A stretch of 64,000 nucleotides of DNA from Candidatus Poribacteria bacterium (GTDB taxonomy: Bacteria; Poribacteria; WGA-4E; PCPOR2b). Positions 19,114-28,718 of this stretch are shown piece by piece; position 1 is the first letter of the stretch, and every line of letters begins with the position of its first letter. A program made the position numbers and the translations under genes. Where the stretch lies: contig OZ242351.1 in NCBI GenBank assembly GCA_965208675.1, positions 736,001 to 800,000 on the forward strand. The letters run 5' to 3'. The notes under the pieces are model-generated. The model did no database searches. It had not been told where the DNA came from and was given only the letters and a program-made list of their open reading frames with translations.

Positions 19114-20076
19114 CTACCGAATGGCGATGGGGTTGCCCGGCGACCCGGTTGCACCTTTGAGCCTCAGCGGCGAAAAGACAAAAGCGAATTCGTAAACTTT
19201 GTCTCGCACCAAGTCCTCAGTAATCAGGTTTTCGAGATTGTAGATTCCGTTTTTCGGCAAGAACAGTTGGTGCACCGGAAACGACATGGATTCATCGGGA
19301 TTAGGAACCACCTCAATTGCCCAAGTATCGGCGCCCGCCATCACGATTTTCTGTTCGACCAAATATTCGCCTGCTTCCATGCCTATACCGGGTTCGGTTG
19401 TACCGTAGCGTTGGTTATCCGTCATCCAATATTTCCCCCAGCCGGTATGGAATAGAACGAAATCGCCCGGTTTGATTTCGGTGCCTTGACGTTCTAACGC
19501 GCCTTTCAAATCCGCCAGCGTGATTTCATAGCCGCCTTCCAAATGTTCGACGCCCTTGTAGCTTGCGATATCAATCAGAACACCCCGTGTGAAGAAGACG
19601 CCGACGTTTTCTACGCCGAGCTTAATCAATCCCCCGGGTTTTGCAAAGTCGTGTCGATTAAACCCGTTGTAGTAGAGATCTCCGATACCGACGTGTCCCA
19701 ATCCATCGAATTGCGTGCCAACCTGACCAATCTGGCCGCTGAAGATTTCGTCGTGTGACGTAAGCTGATTCTCGCCAGATGGGTCCGTTGTGTGCGGAAT
19801 CATGAGACTGTAGTGGCGTGTACCAACTAGCGGCATGCCAGCTTCGTAGACCCTTCCAAGCTGATAGATTTTCCCTTCATTGATTAAACTTACAGCCTCC
19901 AACACCTTTGCGGGGGTTATGCGGTTTGCCGCACCGCGCTGATCGTCAGGACCCCATTCCGATGGGTACCATTTTGATTCTTGGGTAATTGTCCATGTTG
20001 TCGTCAAAGCCATCAATAGTATCACCGTACCGGTGAGAACTACACGTTTAATTCGCTGTGTATGCCTGCTAGTCAT
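19114..20076 (-). CDS. Cyclase family (kynurenine formamidase-like) protein, exported
   Basis: Motifs WGPDDQRGAANRITP, GTQFDGLGH, HTGW, NLENL and GATGSPGNP, with an N-terminal hydrophobic segment. Confidence 0.9.
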   Translation of the reverse strand: MTSRHTQRIKRVVLTGTVILLMALTTTWTITQESKWYPSEWGPDDQRGAANRITPAKVLEAVSLINEGKIYQLGRVYEAGMPLVGTRHYSLMIPHTTDPSGENQLTSHDEIFSGQIGQVGTQFDGLGHVGIGDLYYNGFNRHDFAKPGGLIKLGVENVGVFFTRGVLIDIASYKGVEHLEGGYEITLADLKGALERQGTEIKPGDFVLFHTGWGKYWMTDNQRYGTTEPGIGMEAGEYLVEQKIVMAGADTWAIEVVPNPDESMSFPVHQLFLPKNGIYNLENLITEDLVRDKVYEFAFVFSPLRLKGATGSPGNPIAIR

Positions 20077-20261
20077 TAGTTTCTCCTTGCGATTGCCGAC
20101 GTTTATGCGCTATAGCCAAACCGCGTTAGAAGGGATATTAACAAAAGGTGACGACTTGAAAGCGCTGCTTTCCCTACTTGAAACAAAGTTTAGCAGAATC
20201 AATAAGCTAATTCAAGAGAATTCATAGACACAGTACCACCTCATGGCAGAAAATTAAAGGC

Positions 20262-20290
20262 TTGACGCCCGCTTTTTTTCTCTGTATTAT
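20262..20290 (+). promoter_or_regulatory. Sigma70 promoter for the tatD operon
   Basis: TTGACG-17-TATTAT. Confidence 0.55.
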
Positions 20291-20384
20291 CTTCCTTTGG
20301 AAGGATCGAAGTATTGCCCGGTTAGATGGTTCGGCTGCTGAAAGAATTTTCATAGCGCCTTATGGGAAGGTAAAGTATATCTGC

Positions 20385-21167
20385 ATGCTCGTTGACTCAC
20401 ACGCTCACATTCAACTCGAAGCGTTCGCCGCAGACCGAAAGGAGGTATTGGAAAACGCACAAGAAGATGGCGTGCATTCCATCCTCACGATTGGATTCGA
20501 TGTGGAGACCAGCCGCGGCGCAATCAAGCTTGCCGAACAATATGAGCAAATCTTTGCGACTGTTGGCATGCATCCGCACGATGCGAAGGCATTCAATGAC
20601 GAAACGAGCAAAATATTTCGCAGTCTCGCCGACCACCCGAAAGTAATCGCGCTTGGCGAGATGGGGCTCGACTACTACCGAGATCTCTCGCCGCGTTCGA
20701 TTCAGAAAATAGCGTTCGAGCAGCAATTAGATCTTGCCGAAGATAAAAACCTGCCCGTCGTCATTCACAATCGAGAAGCCTACCACGACATCATCCCAAT
20801 TTTGCAAGCGAGGCGCGGGCGTATCCGCGGCGTAATGCACTGCTTTTCCGGAGAAGTCGAAACCATGCGGCAGAGTCTTGATCTCGGATTTTACATCGGA
20901 ATCGGAGGTCCCGTGACGTATCGTAAATCTCACGCATTACAGGTGGTAGCACGCGAGGTACCAGCCGATCGCCTTCTTGTGGAAACAGACTGTCCGTGGC
21001 TTACGCCCCAATTTCGGCGCGGCACACGCAATGAACCAGCCTATGTTCGTGCGGTAGCAGCAAAAATTGCCGAACTTCGCGGCGTAACGTTGGAAGACAT
21101 TGGGGCAATAACGACACGCAACTTTGGGATTCTGTTTGGGAGAAGCGTACAGGCCGGCACACGATGA
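20385..21167 (+). CDS. tatD: TatD family hydrolase
   Basis: Motifs MLVDSHAH, GMHPH, GEMGLDYY, IHNREA, HCFSG, ETDCPWL and RNEP. The start is moved to ATG 20385. Confidence 0.93.
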   Translation: MLVDSHAHIQLEAFAADRKEVLENAQEDGVHSILTIGFDVETSRGAIKLAEQYEQIFATVGMHPHDAKAFNDETSKIFRSLADHPKVIALGEMGLDYYRDLSPRSIQKIAFEQQLDLAEDKNLPVVIHNREAYHDIIPILQARRGRIRGVMHCFSGEVETMRQSLDLGFYIGIGGPVTYRKSHALQVVAREVPADRLLVETDCPWLTPQFRRGTRNEPAYVRAVAAKIAELRGVTLEDIGAITTRNFGILFGRSVQAGTR

Positions 21168-22285
21168 ACAGGCTAAATTTTCGCACCTACGCAATGGTGA
21201 TTGCACTCACCTGTATTTGGGCGATTTTCACCGCAATAACCGACGGAACATTCCTCACGAACCGAAACCTCTCGAACCTTTCCCGGCAGGCGTCGGTGAC
21301 TGCTATTTTAGCTGTCGGAATGGTGTTCGTCATTGTCTCCGCAAATATCGATCTCTCAGTCGGCTATGGCTCCGGACTGCTTGGAGCAATTGCCGTGATC
21401 ATACATGTTTGGTGGGAACAAAACCCGATAGTTGCAATCCTTGCAACTATCGCACTAGGGATACTGATTGGCGCGGTGCAGGGATATTTCGTAGCGTATC
21501 AGCGGGTACCCGCCTTTATTGTCACACTTGGGGGTTTTATGGTCTGCCGCGGCCTGATGTTGGCAGCCACAAGAGGCGAAACTATCCTACTTCCAAACAA
21601 TTGGTTCAAAGCGATAGGAAATGCCTACCTGCCAAAATCGTTCGGTTGGGGCTTAGCAATTACCGCGCTGATTTCGGGCGCATATGCCTTCTGTCGCCAG
21701 CGGAAAGCCCGTGTAAGTTACGGGTTGGCGGTGCCTTCGACCACAATATTTTTTGTGAAAATTGTCGCAACATCGACGACAATTATCGGATTTGCCGCCG
21801 TCATGAACAGCCATGAAGGCATTGCGGTTCCGGTTTGTATTTTGTTCATGTTAGTCTTCTTTTTTCACTTTATTGCAAGCCACACTCGTTTTGGGCGGTA
21901 TGTTTACGCTATCGGCGGAAATTCGGAAGCCGCTTATCTCTCAGGGATCAACGTCCGAAACGTCACGCTGCGCGTCTTTGCAATCATGGGTGCTCTCACG
22001 GCGGTCGCCGGCGTTGTGCTGGCTGCACGTGTCGGCAGCGCAAGCCCTGAAGCAGGCCGCTTACTTGAGTTAGATGCAATCGCCGCTTGTGTTATCGGCG
22101 GCGCAAGTTTAATGGGCGGGCGCGGCAGCATTCCGGGCGCGGTATTAGGAGCGCTCGTGATGGAAAGCCTTAATAACGGCATGAGCATGGCAAACATGGA
22201 TGCCTCATGGCAAGATATAATCAAGGGGGTCGTATTAGTAGCAGCCGTTTGGTTTGACATTATGTCACGGCGGCGAGGCAGGTGA
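21164..22285 (+). CDS. Sugar ABC transporter permease (XylH-like)
   Basis: Motifs IDLSVG, PAFIVTLGG, GRYVYAIGGNSEAAYLSGI and ELDAIAACVIGGASL. Confidence 0.92.
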   Translation: MNRLNFRTYAMVIALTCIWAIFTAITDGTFLTNRNLSNLSRQASVTAILAVGMVFVIVSANIDLSVGYGSGLLGAIAVIIHVWWEQNPIVAILATIALGILIGAVQGYFVAYQRVPAFIVTLGGFMVCRGLMLAATRGETILLPNNWFKAIGNAYLPKSFGWGLAITALISGAYAFCRQRKARVSYGLAVPSTTIFFVKIVATSTTIIGFAAVMNSHEGIAVPVCILFMLVFFFHFIASHTRFGRYVYAIGGNSEAAYLSGINVRNVTLRVFAIMGALTAVAGVVLAARVGSASPEAGRLLELDAIAACVIGGASLMGGRGSIPGAVLGALVMESLNNGMSMANMDASWQDIIKGVVLVAAVWFDIMSRRRGR

Positions 22286-22331
22286 GGACGCAAAATTTGA
22301 CTCTTACAGAAACTGAAAAATGGAGGAAGCT

Positions 22332-22673
22332 ATGACGGTGAATTGGATGTACTTTAGAAATAGCTGAACATCTTGCCGTAAAGCGCAAGAGTTTCTTGAC
22401 GCAAATGATTTTCAAGTAGAAAGCCAAACGGATGCCCGTAAGGTAAAGATGTATCCAAAGGAAGTTTGGGAGCGAATCAGAACTGCCCAATCCATCCACG
22501 TTGCGCGGGGCAAGGAGGTTGATGTTTTCAATCCTGATGTCAGCTTGCGAGATGACATTCTCAAAGCGGTAATGGGACGAAGTGGAAACTTGCGTGCACC
22601 CACACTTCAAATCGGGGAGTCGTTTTTCGTCGGATTTAATGCGAAACTGTACGACGCTATTCTAACGCAATGA
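22332..22673 (+). CDS. ArsC/Spx-like thioredoxin-fold selenoprotein (UxxC; in-frame UGA at 22365-22367)
   Basis: GGAGG RBS, then MTVNWMYFRNS-UGA-TSCRKAQEFL in frame with the 22449 ORF (GNLRAPTL...VGFN). A hairpin lies downstream of the UGA. Confidence 0.85.
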
Positions 22674-22829
22674 GCACCGCGTGACGCGGACACACAGCAG
22701 AGATAGCTGTCGAAAACATTAAGTGGGCCTGAAACGATGTAATCATCGGTCCTCCTAGAATGCAGGAAATTTTATGATAAAAAACCCCGGTTACGGTGTC
22801 TTTAAAAGAAAAGCAGGAAAGTATCCACC

Positions 22830-24590
22830 ATGCAGATTGAGCGTTCCGATGAAATTAGCCTTATCCGACAGACGCTGAACGGCAAGACATCAGCATTTAA
22901 TCTGTTGGTCAAGATGCACTACGCCACAGTCGATGCGCTGGTTCTTCCGTATACCAAAAATCCGGTTGACGCGGAAGATCTTACCCAACAGATATTTATT
23001 CGCGCGTACGAGCGGCTAGCAACTTTGCGTGAGCTGGATCGCTTTCTACCATGGCTTCAACGGATTTCACACAACACCTGCAAGAATTGGCTACGGCAGC
23101 AGAGCGGGGGGACAATCGGTTTTGAGGCGGTGAACGATGCGGATTTCACGAAAACCGCTCCATCTCCTGAAGACATTGCGCTGAGGGCTGAAATCAAAGC
23201 TTTAGTGCGAGAAGCAATCGGTGGTCTACAAGAAACGGACCGCAAGTTGATGGAAGCCCGCTACATTGATGGAGCGAGCTATAGCGAGATGCAAGTCGAA
23301 TCCGGTTTGTCGTATGCGGCTATTGTCAATCGGCTCAAGCGTGCGAAAAAGAAGGTTCGCGGCCAAATCGAAAAATTGTTGGGCGGTATAGCGATATTGC
23401 CGAGTCGCACCATAATCTTAGGAGGTACAGAATCCGTGAAATTATCAGTGAAAGCTAAACTCGCTACGGTCGGAGTCGCCGCAGTTGTCGGTATTGGCGG
23501 GGGTAGTGTGTTGTATCACCGCTCATTTCAATTGCAGCCTGTTATTGGAAACAATCAAAAGGTTTCAGAAGTGCAAACTGCCATAGGGGATTCACCAGCT
23601 TACAGTGCGCATCCGACAGATGCCAAATCGGGCAACAACTCCCCAACGAACGCGGAATCCATATCTAAATTAGGTGAATCAGATCGTTTTGAAATTTCGA
23701 CAGATGACGGTGTTGAGATTATTGACATCAAAGAGGCGGGGGATTTAGAACTGCCAGAAGAAATAAAGGAACTCCTTCAAACCCGTGCGAAGAATGGTGC
23801 CGATGGCAAGGTTTTCGCTGCGTTTACGACCGTTTTCAGCGGAGAGTTGACGGAAGAGATGCTTGAGAATTTACCGGAGGCGATTGGTCAGGCGATAAAA
23901 AGGGTACAAATTGCCAATGCTAATATGAATACCCGTGTGTTGGTGATTAAGGACGACCAGCACAAATTGATGGCAGAAACTGAAGAACTACCGGAGGAAA
24001 TAAAGCAGAAAATCGCACGAGGGGAATTTGTTACATGGATTGGAAGTGGTCAGGAAATGCCGGATGAGATTCGCCAAGCGATTGAAGGGGCGATAGAAGG
24101 GTTAGCAAAAACGAATACCCGCGTGATCAAGACTCAGAAACCGGCGGAGGAGCCAAAGCAAAATACTTCTAACGCAGACATTCAGCATCTACCCGCCTCA
24201 GTGAACACACTACTAAAATCAACCGAATCACGACCACAGCCCACTCATTCTGGTCACCGAGTTGAATCCCAGACCGTCCCTTCTAAACCTTCGGGACACA
24301 CTGCCCCACTTTCTGATGAAGAGTGGATTGAATTTGAGAAACTGTTGAGCGAATTCTCAGATGAGGATTGGGCGGAGTTTGAAAAACTGCTAGGAATCGC
24401 CACGGAAGGAGATACACGTCATCGGGATAAGCAGGAGCCGCTTGATACTGATCAGCGACATCAGATTGAAAAATCGCTTGAAGAACCGCCCATTGACCCG
24501 TCCGAACGGCAAGAGATGCGGCGGCGACAGCGTCTCCCTCTTGAACCCAACATTGATTCGCTGTCCTCACGCCAAGAACGAAGATGGTAA
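22830..24590 (+). CDS. ECF RNA polymerase sigma factor with a TM segment and a long C-terminal extension
   Basis: Region 2 (DAEDLTQQIFIRAY...WLQRISHNTCKNW) and region 4 (SYAAIVNRLKRAK), followed by a hydrophobic segment and about 350 aa of low-complexity, repetitive tail. Confidence 0.88.
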   Translation: MQIERSDEISLIRQTLNGKTSAFNLLVKMHYATVDALVLPYTKNPVDAEDLTQQIFIRAYERLATLRELDRFLPWLQRISHNTCKNWLRQQSGGTIGFEAVNDADFTKTAPSPEDIALRAEIKALVREAIGGLQETDRKLMEARYIDGASYSEMQVESGLSYAAIVNRLKRAKKKVRGQIEKLLGGIAILPSRTIILGGTESVKLSVKAKLATVGVAAVVGIGGGSVLYHRSFQLQPVIGNNQKVSEVQTAIGDSPAYSAHPTDAKSGNNSPTNAESISKLGESDRFEISTDDGVEIIDIKEAGDLELPEEIKELLQTRAKNGADGKVFAAFTTVFSGELTEEMLENLPEAIGQAIKRVQIANANMNTRVLVIKDDQHKLMAETEELPEEIKQKIARGEFVTWIGSGQEMPDEIRQAIEGAIEGLAKTNTRVIKTQKPAEEPKQNTSNADIQHLPASVNTLLKSTESRPQPTHSGHRVESQTVPSKPSGHTAPLSDEEWIEFEKLLSEFSDEDWAEFEKLLGIATEGDTRHRDKQEPLDTDQRHQIEKSLEEPPIDPSERQEMRRRQRLPLEPNIDSLSSRQERRW

Positions 24591-24663
24591 CAGGACACGA
24601 TAATCCCATCTCACGAATCCCAATGATCGCACACTTGGACGTGCACGTACGAAGTTGAACAGA

Positions 24664-27489
24664 TTATCGCCGTTTCCAAATCGCCACAGTTCCAAGCTGA
24701 ATATCTTCGATATAATGTATTTGAAGATAAGCAGCGACTAATGGAAGCACGGCGGAAATCCTCTCTCGGTATATAACTATTTTTGGCTTCGACGCCTCCA
24801 AGTTCGCAATCACCTCTTTCTGCAGCGGCTCCGGTTTAGCATAGGCGATTTGAGGGAACCTTGTTGGATTAGGTCTGTTTGCAAGGAAATAGTTCATGCC
24901 TTGATTAGCGAAATCGAAGATCGTGTCAGAAGAATCCGTGTTTTCTTGGATATAATTGACCACCTGTTCAATCTGCGCCGCCTCGTTCACTGGCGTCAAA
25001 ACCCGCCCGGCCCGCTTTAAGCGTACCTCGGCATATCCCCCTGGGATTCTTCCATAATTCGTAAAATTAACAAGCATCTTATCAGCCTGCTTCAACGGCT
25101 TGGCGGCGAATACCCCATACAGGTCCGTTCTGACATACCAAAGCAAGCCCACCACAAAAATCAAAGAACAAATTAACAGCGGTAGATTAATTCGGGACAT
25201 TTGCACGCTGCGGACTGTAGGCGGCGACGCATCACGACATTCACCATGCTCCGCCGCCAATTTAGCATCGTTGAATGTATCGGCTCTCGCCAGTTCTTCA
25301 CTCGTTTTTAACTGGGGTGTATTCTCCGAAGATCCACGCGACCTAAACGCCAGGCACACTCCTTCAAAGAAAAAGAAGCAGATTAGCCAGATATAAGAAG
25401 AGCTAAATAAAACATGGTGCCAGTCCGAACGACCTAAAGCTGTTCTGAAATAAATGATACCCGCCAACAGAATTATCAGCAACTTCCAATCCTCCACTTT
25501 CCATTGATTGGCAACCGCGCGAAACATCAGAAAGGTTAAAGTCATCAAGTAAACGAGGATGGGGAAATACCACATAAATGTCTTGTTTAAAATAAAGTCC
25601 GAGAATGTGACGAGAGAGGTAATCTTTGATAGTTCTGCCAACAGCGGGATGAAGGGCGTTGCCCAAATTTCCGTGTGATACGTGAATTGTGTCCATGAGC
25701 TTTCAACCGCATCATCTATCGCACCGAGGACGCCAAAAAAGATAAGGAAAGGGGCAAATCCTATTATGACCCCTAACTTATACGTTAGAAGCGGCGACAG
25801 ACACTTGCCCAATGCGCCATCCCTCACCTGCTGTATTAGGTCTTTTGAAGAACTAGGATTCGCCGCGGCTGCATCATTTTTAACCGATCTGCGAAAGATG
25901 GAGGCGAAACCGAATACAAATAAGAACAAGCTAGAGGCTGCCCAAGTATACAATCCGGTGTCAAGACTGTAAAACACTGCCAATGTTGTACAAACTCCTG
26001 CCACTGCGAGAAGCGATTTTCCATGTCCGGGACCTCTTTGAGTCCATTTGCATAACAACATCAGCGTAAGAAACCCCAGTATATGCCGATCTGTCACCGG
26101 AAGGTACGCTCGCGGTGCTGCCAATCCAAACGTCAGCAAAATTAAAGCCAAAGAAACAAAGAGAGCCGTAGCTCTTCTTCGAAAACACTGCAACGCGAGA
26201 AGATAAAAACAGACATATCCCAGCGGATACACAATATGGTGCAGTTTTCTATCCGCCTCTAGCGTTTCTCCAAAAAGTTTCATGGCGAGCCAGGGTTTGT
26301 ATGCGTTTTGAATAAGGCCGTGCTGTAGGTAGACATCTCGATAGGGAATGCCCCCTCGCAGCAGTTCGTTTACTACGGCAGCACGTTCGCCTTCGTGATA
26401 AAGGTCAATACCGCCCACGGCGCTCGCACCGGAATAAGCATGGCTAAGACTGGCATTGCTATTATACATAAAGGCGTAGATGAGAGCGGACAACATGATA
26501 ATGTTTAGGATAGACACTCTCCGCTGCAAAGCCGTGCGGTAAGGCCGGATGGCGGGGATTTGCTGCTTAACAATTCTTCGGGACGAACGGAGGTTTAGCA
26601 AGGTAGAAATTTTCAAAGCGGCAATTGCTATGACAGTGACAATTGCCAAGATTGCCGCCGCATGCTTCACCCTGAAAAACACCGTGAGCAACAACAGCAG
26701 GATTGTCGGGAAATAAGTCACAGAATCATTTCGTACTATATCAGCGAAACTATACGGTGTTAATTTTCTCAGCAGTATCGAATATCCAACCCAGAATCCC
26801 CAGGTTCCCAGTATAATAACAAAGAGCATTTGCCAACACGCTATTGCTGCGACCTCTTTCGGACTTCCAATAATCAGAAGACAAACAGTCAGGCAAACGC
26901 CGCAGGCAATCGGTATTCCATGGAATGGCATTGTCTCCCTTGCCCAAAGAATTTCTCCAATTTTTGGCTCTCCTTCCAAGCGCGTCTCGTCCTCGCGTGT
27001 TTCCAGTTTTTCACGCCAACGCCTTTTCGAGATCATCAGGTGGAATGAAAAAAACAACACTTGGGCAATTATGAACAGAATCGCCGGCATCCCGAATTCT
27101 CCAGCAAATCTGCCAGGAAGGTGTACTCGCTCCAACACTAACAGGAGAAGTAGATATGTGAGCGCATTTTGCCGCAAGATGCGCTCTTTGGCGTTGTTAG
27201 TCAATGTAGCGCAAAGCGCCGAAAACGTCACCCATAACCCGCAACTCATCAGGGTATAAACCGGCACAAAGGCGAGTGCAGCTAAATAATTTACAATCTC
27301 TTGACGCTCGGCAACAGTACGTTTGCCAAGTTGATCTGACCCAAATTCAGTAAAAAAATGGAGGTGTTCCTTGAAATAAAAACCCAATGCCAGTGCGAAA
27401 ACAAAGCTGCTTCCGGAAACTATCACCGCAAAGGCTTGGTTTCTATGTTGGCGTGCGAGGTTGAAGGTTTCGCGAATAGCGTCACGCAT
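24664..27489 (-). CDS. Large polytopic membrane protein, probable GT-C fold glycosyltransferase
   Basis: Many TM segments. The loop DLYHEGE...GGIPYRDVYLQHG is like ArnT/PMT-type enzymes, and there is a C-terminal soluble domain (YFLANRPNPTRF). The start is uncertain (27489-27666). Confidence 0.65.
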   Translation of the reverse strand: MRDAIRETFNLARQHRNQAFAVIVSGSSFVFALALGFYFKEHLHFFTEFGSDQLGKRTVAERQEIVNYLAALAFVPVYTLMSCGLWVTFSALCATLTNNAKERILRQNALTYLLLLLVLERVHLPGRFAGEFGMPAILFIIAQVLFFSFHLMISKRRWREKLETREDETRLEGEPKIGEILWARETMPFHGIPIACGVCLTVCLLIIGSPKEVAAIACWQMLFVIILGTWGFWVGYSILLRKLTPYSFADIVRNDSVTYFPTILLLLLTVFFRVKHAAAILAIVTVIAIAALKISTLLNLRSSRRIVKQQIPAIRPYRTALQRRVSILNIIMLSALIYAFMYNSNASLSHAYSGASAVGGIDLYHEGERAAVVNELLRGGIPYRDVYLQHGLIQNAYKPWLAMKLFGETLEADRKLHHIVYPLGYVCFYLLALQCFRRRATALFVSLALILLTFGLAAPRAYLPVTDRHILGFLTLMLLCKWTQRGPGHGKSLLAVAGVCTTLAVFYSLDTGLYTWAASSLFLFVFGFASIFRRSVKNDAAAANPSSSKDLIQQVRDGALGKCLSPLLTYKLGVIIGFAPFLIFFGVLGAIDDAVESSWTQFTYHTEIWATPFIPLLAELSKITSLVTFSDFILNKTFMWYFPILVYLMTLTFLMFRAVANQWKVEDWKLLIILLAGIIYFRTALGRSDWHHVLFSSSYIWLICFFFFEGVCLAFRSRGSSENTPQLKTSEELARADTFNDAKLAAEHGECRDASPPTVRSVQMSRINLPLLICSLIFVVGLLWYVRTDLYGVFAAKPLKQADKMLVNFTNYGRIPGGYAEVRLKRAGRVLTPVNEAAQIEQVVNYIQENTDSSDTIFDFANQGMNYFLANRPNPTRFPQIAYAKPEPLQKEVIANLEASKPKIVIYRERISAVLPLVAAYLQIHYIEDIQLGTVAIWKRR

Positions 27490-27705
27490 AGCAAGATGCT
27501 CCAATCGAAGAAAGCCCCAGCTCGTCCTGATGGACGCCCACATATAATCTGTATGTAGAGTCATGCCTCCTGACGGTTCAGAAAGGACTATCGTGGTTTC
27601 ATTTGGCGAGTCAAAGGGAATAAGACGCGGATGCAGTGCTTTTTGATGTCGATGGCACCCGCACAAAGGCGGGGTGAAGGCTGGGTGCCAAATTCTACGA
27701 ACCGT

Positions 27706-28668
27706 TTAAGGAATCAAAGCAATATTACCGTATGCGGGCGACTGCATTACGCGGTGATGTGCGTCGGCGGCTTCAGCAAGCGGAATTTCTTTGCCAACTC
27801 TCGGACGGAGTGTACCATTACTCAAGCCAGCGACCAGATAAGCGTGAATGCTGGCAAATTCACATGCCGATGCATTTCTCAACGACATCCCTACGATACT
27901 CGCATCGCGGCTCATCGTGTCACGGGCGTTGATTTCCACAGCATCTCGGCTGCCGATTATGACAACTCGTCCGCCCATCGCAAGCGCAGGTAGATCGTTG
28001 CCAAGGTTGACGTTTGCGAGCATTTCGAGGATGACATCTACGCCCTGTCCATTGGTGATTTCAATGGCTTGGTCGAGATGATTTGGCGCGTGGTGATCCA
28101 ATACATAATTCGCACCGTGTTCGGCAACCAAAGACCGCCCGGCTTCAGAACCTACTGTGCCAATGACTGTTATTCCGCCAGCCCGGGCTAACTCGACCGC
28201 AGCAAGACCGACACCGCCGCTTGCACCATGGACCAAAACAACTTCTCCCGGTATTACCCGTGCACGTTGAAACAGAGCGCGATACGCTGTACCGTATGGC
28301 ACGCCCACGCTCGCACCTTGAGAAAACGACACAGATTCGGGGAGCGGATGAACGTCGGCTGTTTGGCAAACGGTTCGTTCTGCATAACCGCCGGTGATTG
28401 TGCCGGCACTGTACACTCGATCTCCCACCGACACATTCGCCACGCCATCCCCAACTGACTCAACGATACCAGCAGCGTCAATTCCGGGTGTGTAAGGGAG
28501 GTCGGCTGTATAACCGTGAAGCCCGGACCGAATGTATGTATCTACGGGATTGACGCCAGCGGCATATACCTGAATTACGACTTCTTCAGCACCGGGATGC
28601 GGGTCTGGTATGTCTTCTAAGATCATTACTTCCGGTGAGCCGTGCTCGTGTACTCTAATTGATTTCAT
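27706..28668 (-). CDS. NADPH:quinone reductase (zeta-crystallin/MDR family)
   Basis: Motifs AAGVNPVDTYIRSG, PYTPG and VHGASGGVG. Confidence 0.93.
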   Translation of the reverse strand: MKSIRVHEHGSPEVMILEDIPDPHPGAEEVVIQVYAAGVNPVDTYIRSGLHGYTADLPYTPGIDAAGIVESVGDGVANVSVGDRVYSAGTITGGYAERTVCQTADVHPLPESVSFSQGASVGVPYGTAYRALFQRARVIPGEVVLVHGASGGVGLAAVELARAGGITVIGTVGSEAGRSLVAEHGANYVLDHHAPNHLDQAIEITNGQGVDVILEMLANVNLGNDLPALAMGGRVVIIGSRDAVEINARDTMSRDASIVGMSLRNASACEFASIHAYLVAGLSNGTLRPRVGKEIPLAEAADAHHRVMQSPAYGNIALIP

Positions 28669-28718
28669 AATTTCTTCCTCCTATTCTTTGGGCGGTTAAA
28701 CATTCCGAAAATAATGGT

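Noticed and set aside
20262-20384. N-terminal extension of TatD in the ORF track
   Set aside because: The TTG is part of a -35 box, and TatD homology starts at MLVDSHAH (20385).
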